Made by a program: the position numbers and the translations under genes. Below are positions 62,757-64,000 of a stretch of 64,000 nt of DNA, piece after piece (position 1 is the stretch's first letter; each line of letters begins with the position of its first letter). The notes beneath the pieces are model-generated. The model had not been told where the DNA came from. It did no database searches and was given only the letters and a program-made list of their open reading frames with translations. This DNA is from Octopus bimaculoides (taxonomy: Eukaryota): NCBI RefSeq assembly GCF_001194135.2, contig NC_068999.1, positions 22,239,981-22,303,980 of the forward strand, in the 5' to 3' direction.

Positions 62757-63990
62757 AAACACTGAAAATGTGCAGAAAAAACTTCTCCCACATACCAGGG
62801 AGAAAAACTAGACGTAGTTGATAGCTTCTGTTATCTAGGTGACCAAGTTAGTAGTGGGGGAGTGTGCACTGAAAGTGTAGCTGCTAGAATAAGAATAGCC
62901 TGGGCAAAGTTCAGACAGCTCTTACCTCTGCTGGTGACAAAGGGCCTCTCGCTCAGAGTAAAATGCGGACTGTATGACACATGTGTACAAACAGCCATGC
63001 TACATGGCAGTGAAACATGGGCTGTGATTGCTGAGGACATGCGTAAACTCGCAAGGAATGATGCCAGTATGCTCCAATGGATATGTAATGTCAGTGTGCA
63101 TACTCGACAGAGTGTAAGTACCTTGAGAGAAAAATTAGACCTAAGAAGCATCAGCTGTGGTGTGCAAGAAAGACGATTGTGCTGGTATGGTCACTTGGCG
63201 AGAATAGATGAGGATAGCTGTGTGAAAAAGTGTCACAGCCTAGCGGCTGAGGACACCTGTGCAAGAGGCAGGCCCAGGAAGACCTGGGATGAGGTGGTGA
63301 AGCACGACCTTCGACCATTAGGCCTCACCGAGGCAATGACTAGTGACTGAGACCTTTGGAAATATGTAGTGCGTGAGAAAACTCAGCAAGCCAAGTGAGA
63401 CCATAACCCGTGGCCTATGCCAGGGGTGTAATCAGCCCACTTATGCATACCTTTTCTTCATTGGACACTAAACTCTGCTTACGAAGACCTGTTGAGGCAA
63501 GTGAAATCGAAATCAAATCATATTCGCAAATTCAATGAGTGGCAGATTGCTGCCAGAGCATCTGACTGGCTTCCGCGCTAATGGCACGTAAAAAGCACCA
63601 TTCGAGCATGATCGTAACCAGCGTCACCTTACTGGCATGGGAAAAAACTTTTGAGCGTGATCATTACCAGCATCACCTTACTGGCACGTGAAAAAACATT
63701 CGAGCAAGGTTGTTGCCAGTACCGCTGGACTAGCCCGTGTAGGTGACACGTAAAAAACACTACATGAGCATGGCTGTTGCCAGTACCGCCTGACTAGCCC
63801 TTGTGCCAGTGACACGTAAAAGCACTCACTACACTCTTGGAGCGGATGATGTGAGGAAGGGCATCCAGCTGTAGAAACTCTGCCAGATTAGACTGGAGCC
63901 TGGTGCAGCCATCTGGTTTGCCAGTCCTCAGTCAAATCGTCCAACCCATGCTAGCATGGAAAGCGAACGTTAAATGATGATGATGATGAT
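62757..63990 (+). mobile_element. RTE-clade LINE, 5'-truncated, with complete 3' UTR and (GAT)n tail
   Basis: VVDSFCYLGD..AMLHGSETW..GRPRKTWDEVV; premature TGA at 63348-63350 and natural stop near 63399. 3' UTR carries GGCACGTAAAAA repeats and ends TTAAATGATGATGATG. Confidence 0.92.
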
Positions 63991-64000
63991 ATATATATAT

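Noticed and set aside
63560-63830. Spaced GGCACGTAAAAA repeats superficially like a CRISPR or regulatory array
   Set aside because: These are degenerate tandem repeats of the RTE 3' UTR (also at 52460-52570), in a eukaryotic context with related spacers.

Overview
AT-rich, repeat-dense animal genomic DNA with seven assembly gaps. The SINE/LINE families and abundant (TA)n/(CA)n microsatellites look like Octopus (species inferred, not verified). I can support only one host coding exon, and it is not in the ORF track: a 122-bp minus-strand exon at 10749-10870 encoding the N-terminal part of a Src42A/FRK-type SH2 domain. The window therefore appears to be two very large introns of a Src-family kinase gene (>10 kb downstream, probably >50 kb upstream). 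The rest comprises three tRNA or tRNA-like sequences, many tRNA-derived SINEs, RTE, CR1/L2-group and R4/Dong-like LINE relics, three Helitrons, hAT, pogo and mariner relics, piggyBac-type and hairpin MITEs, and simple repeats. Nearly all supplied ORFs are spurious or TE-derived. I cannot demonstrate a novel biological system. The best candidate is a tRNA-like gene enclosed by a perfect 13-bp inverted repeat and ~93-bp direct repeats (6331-6732). SINE and LINE boundaries are approximate, and family names come from recall and manual translation, not database searches.
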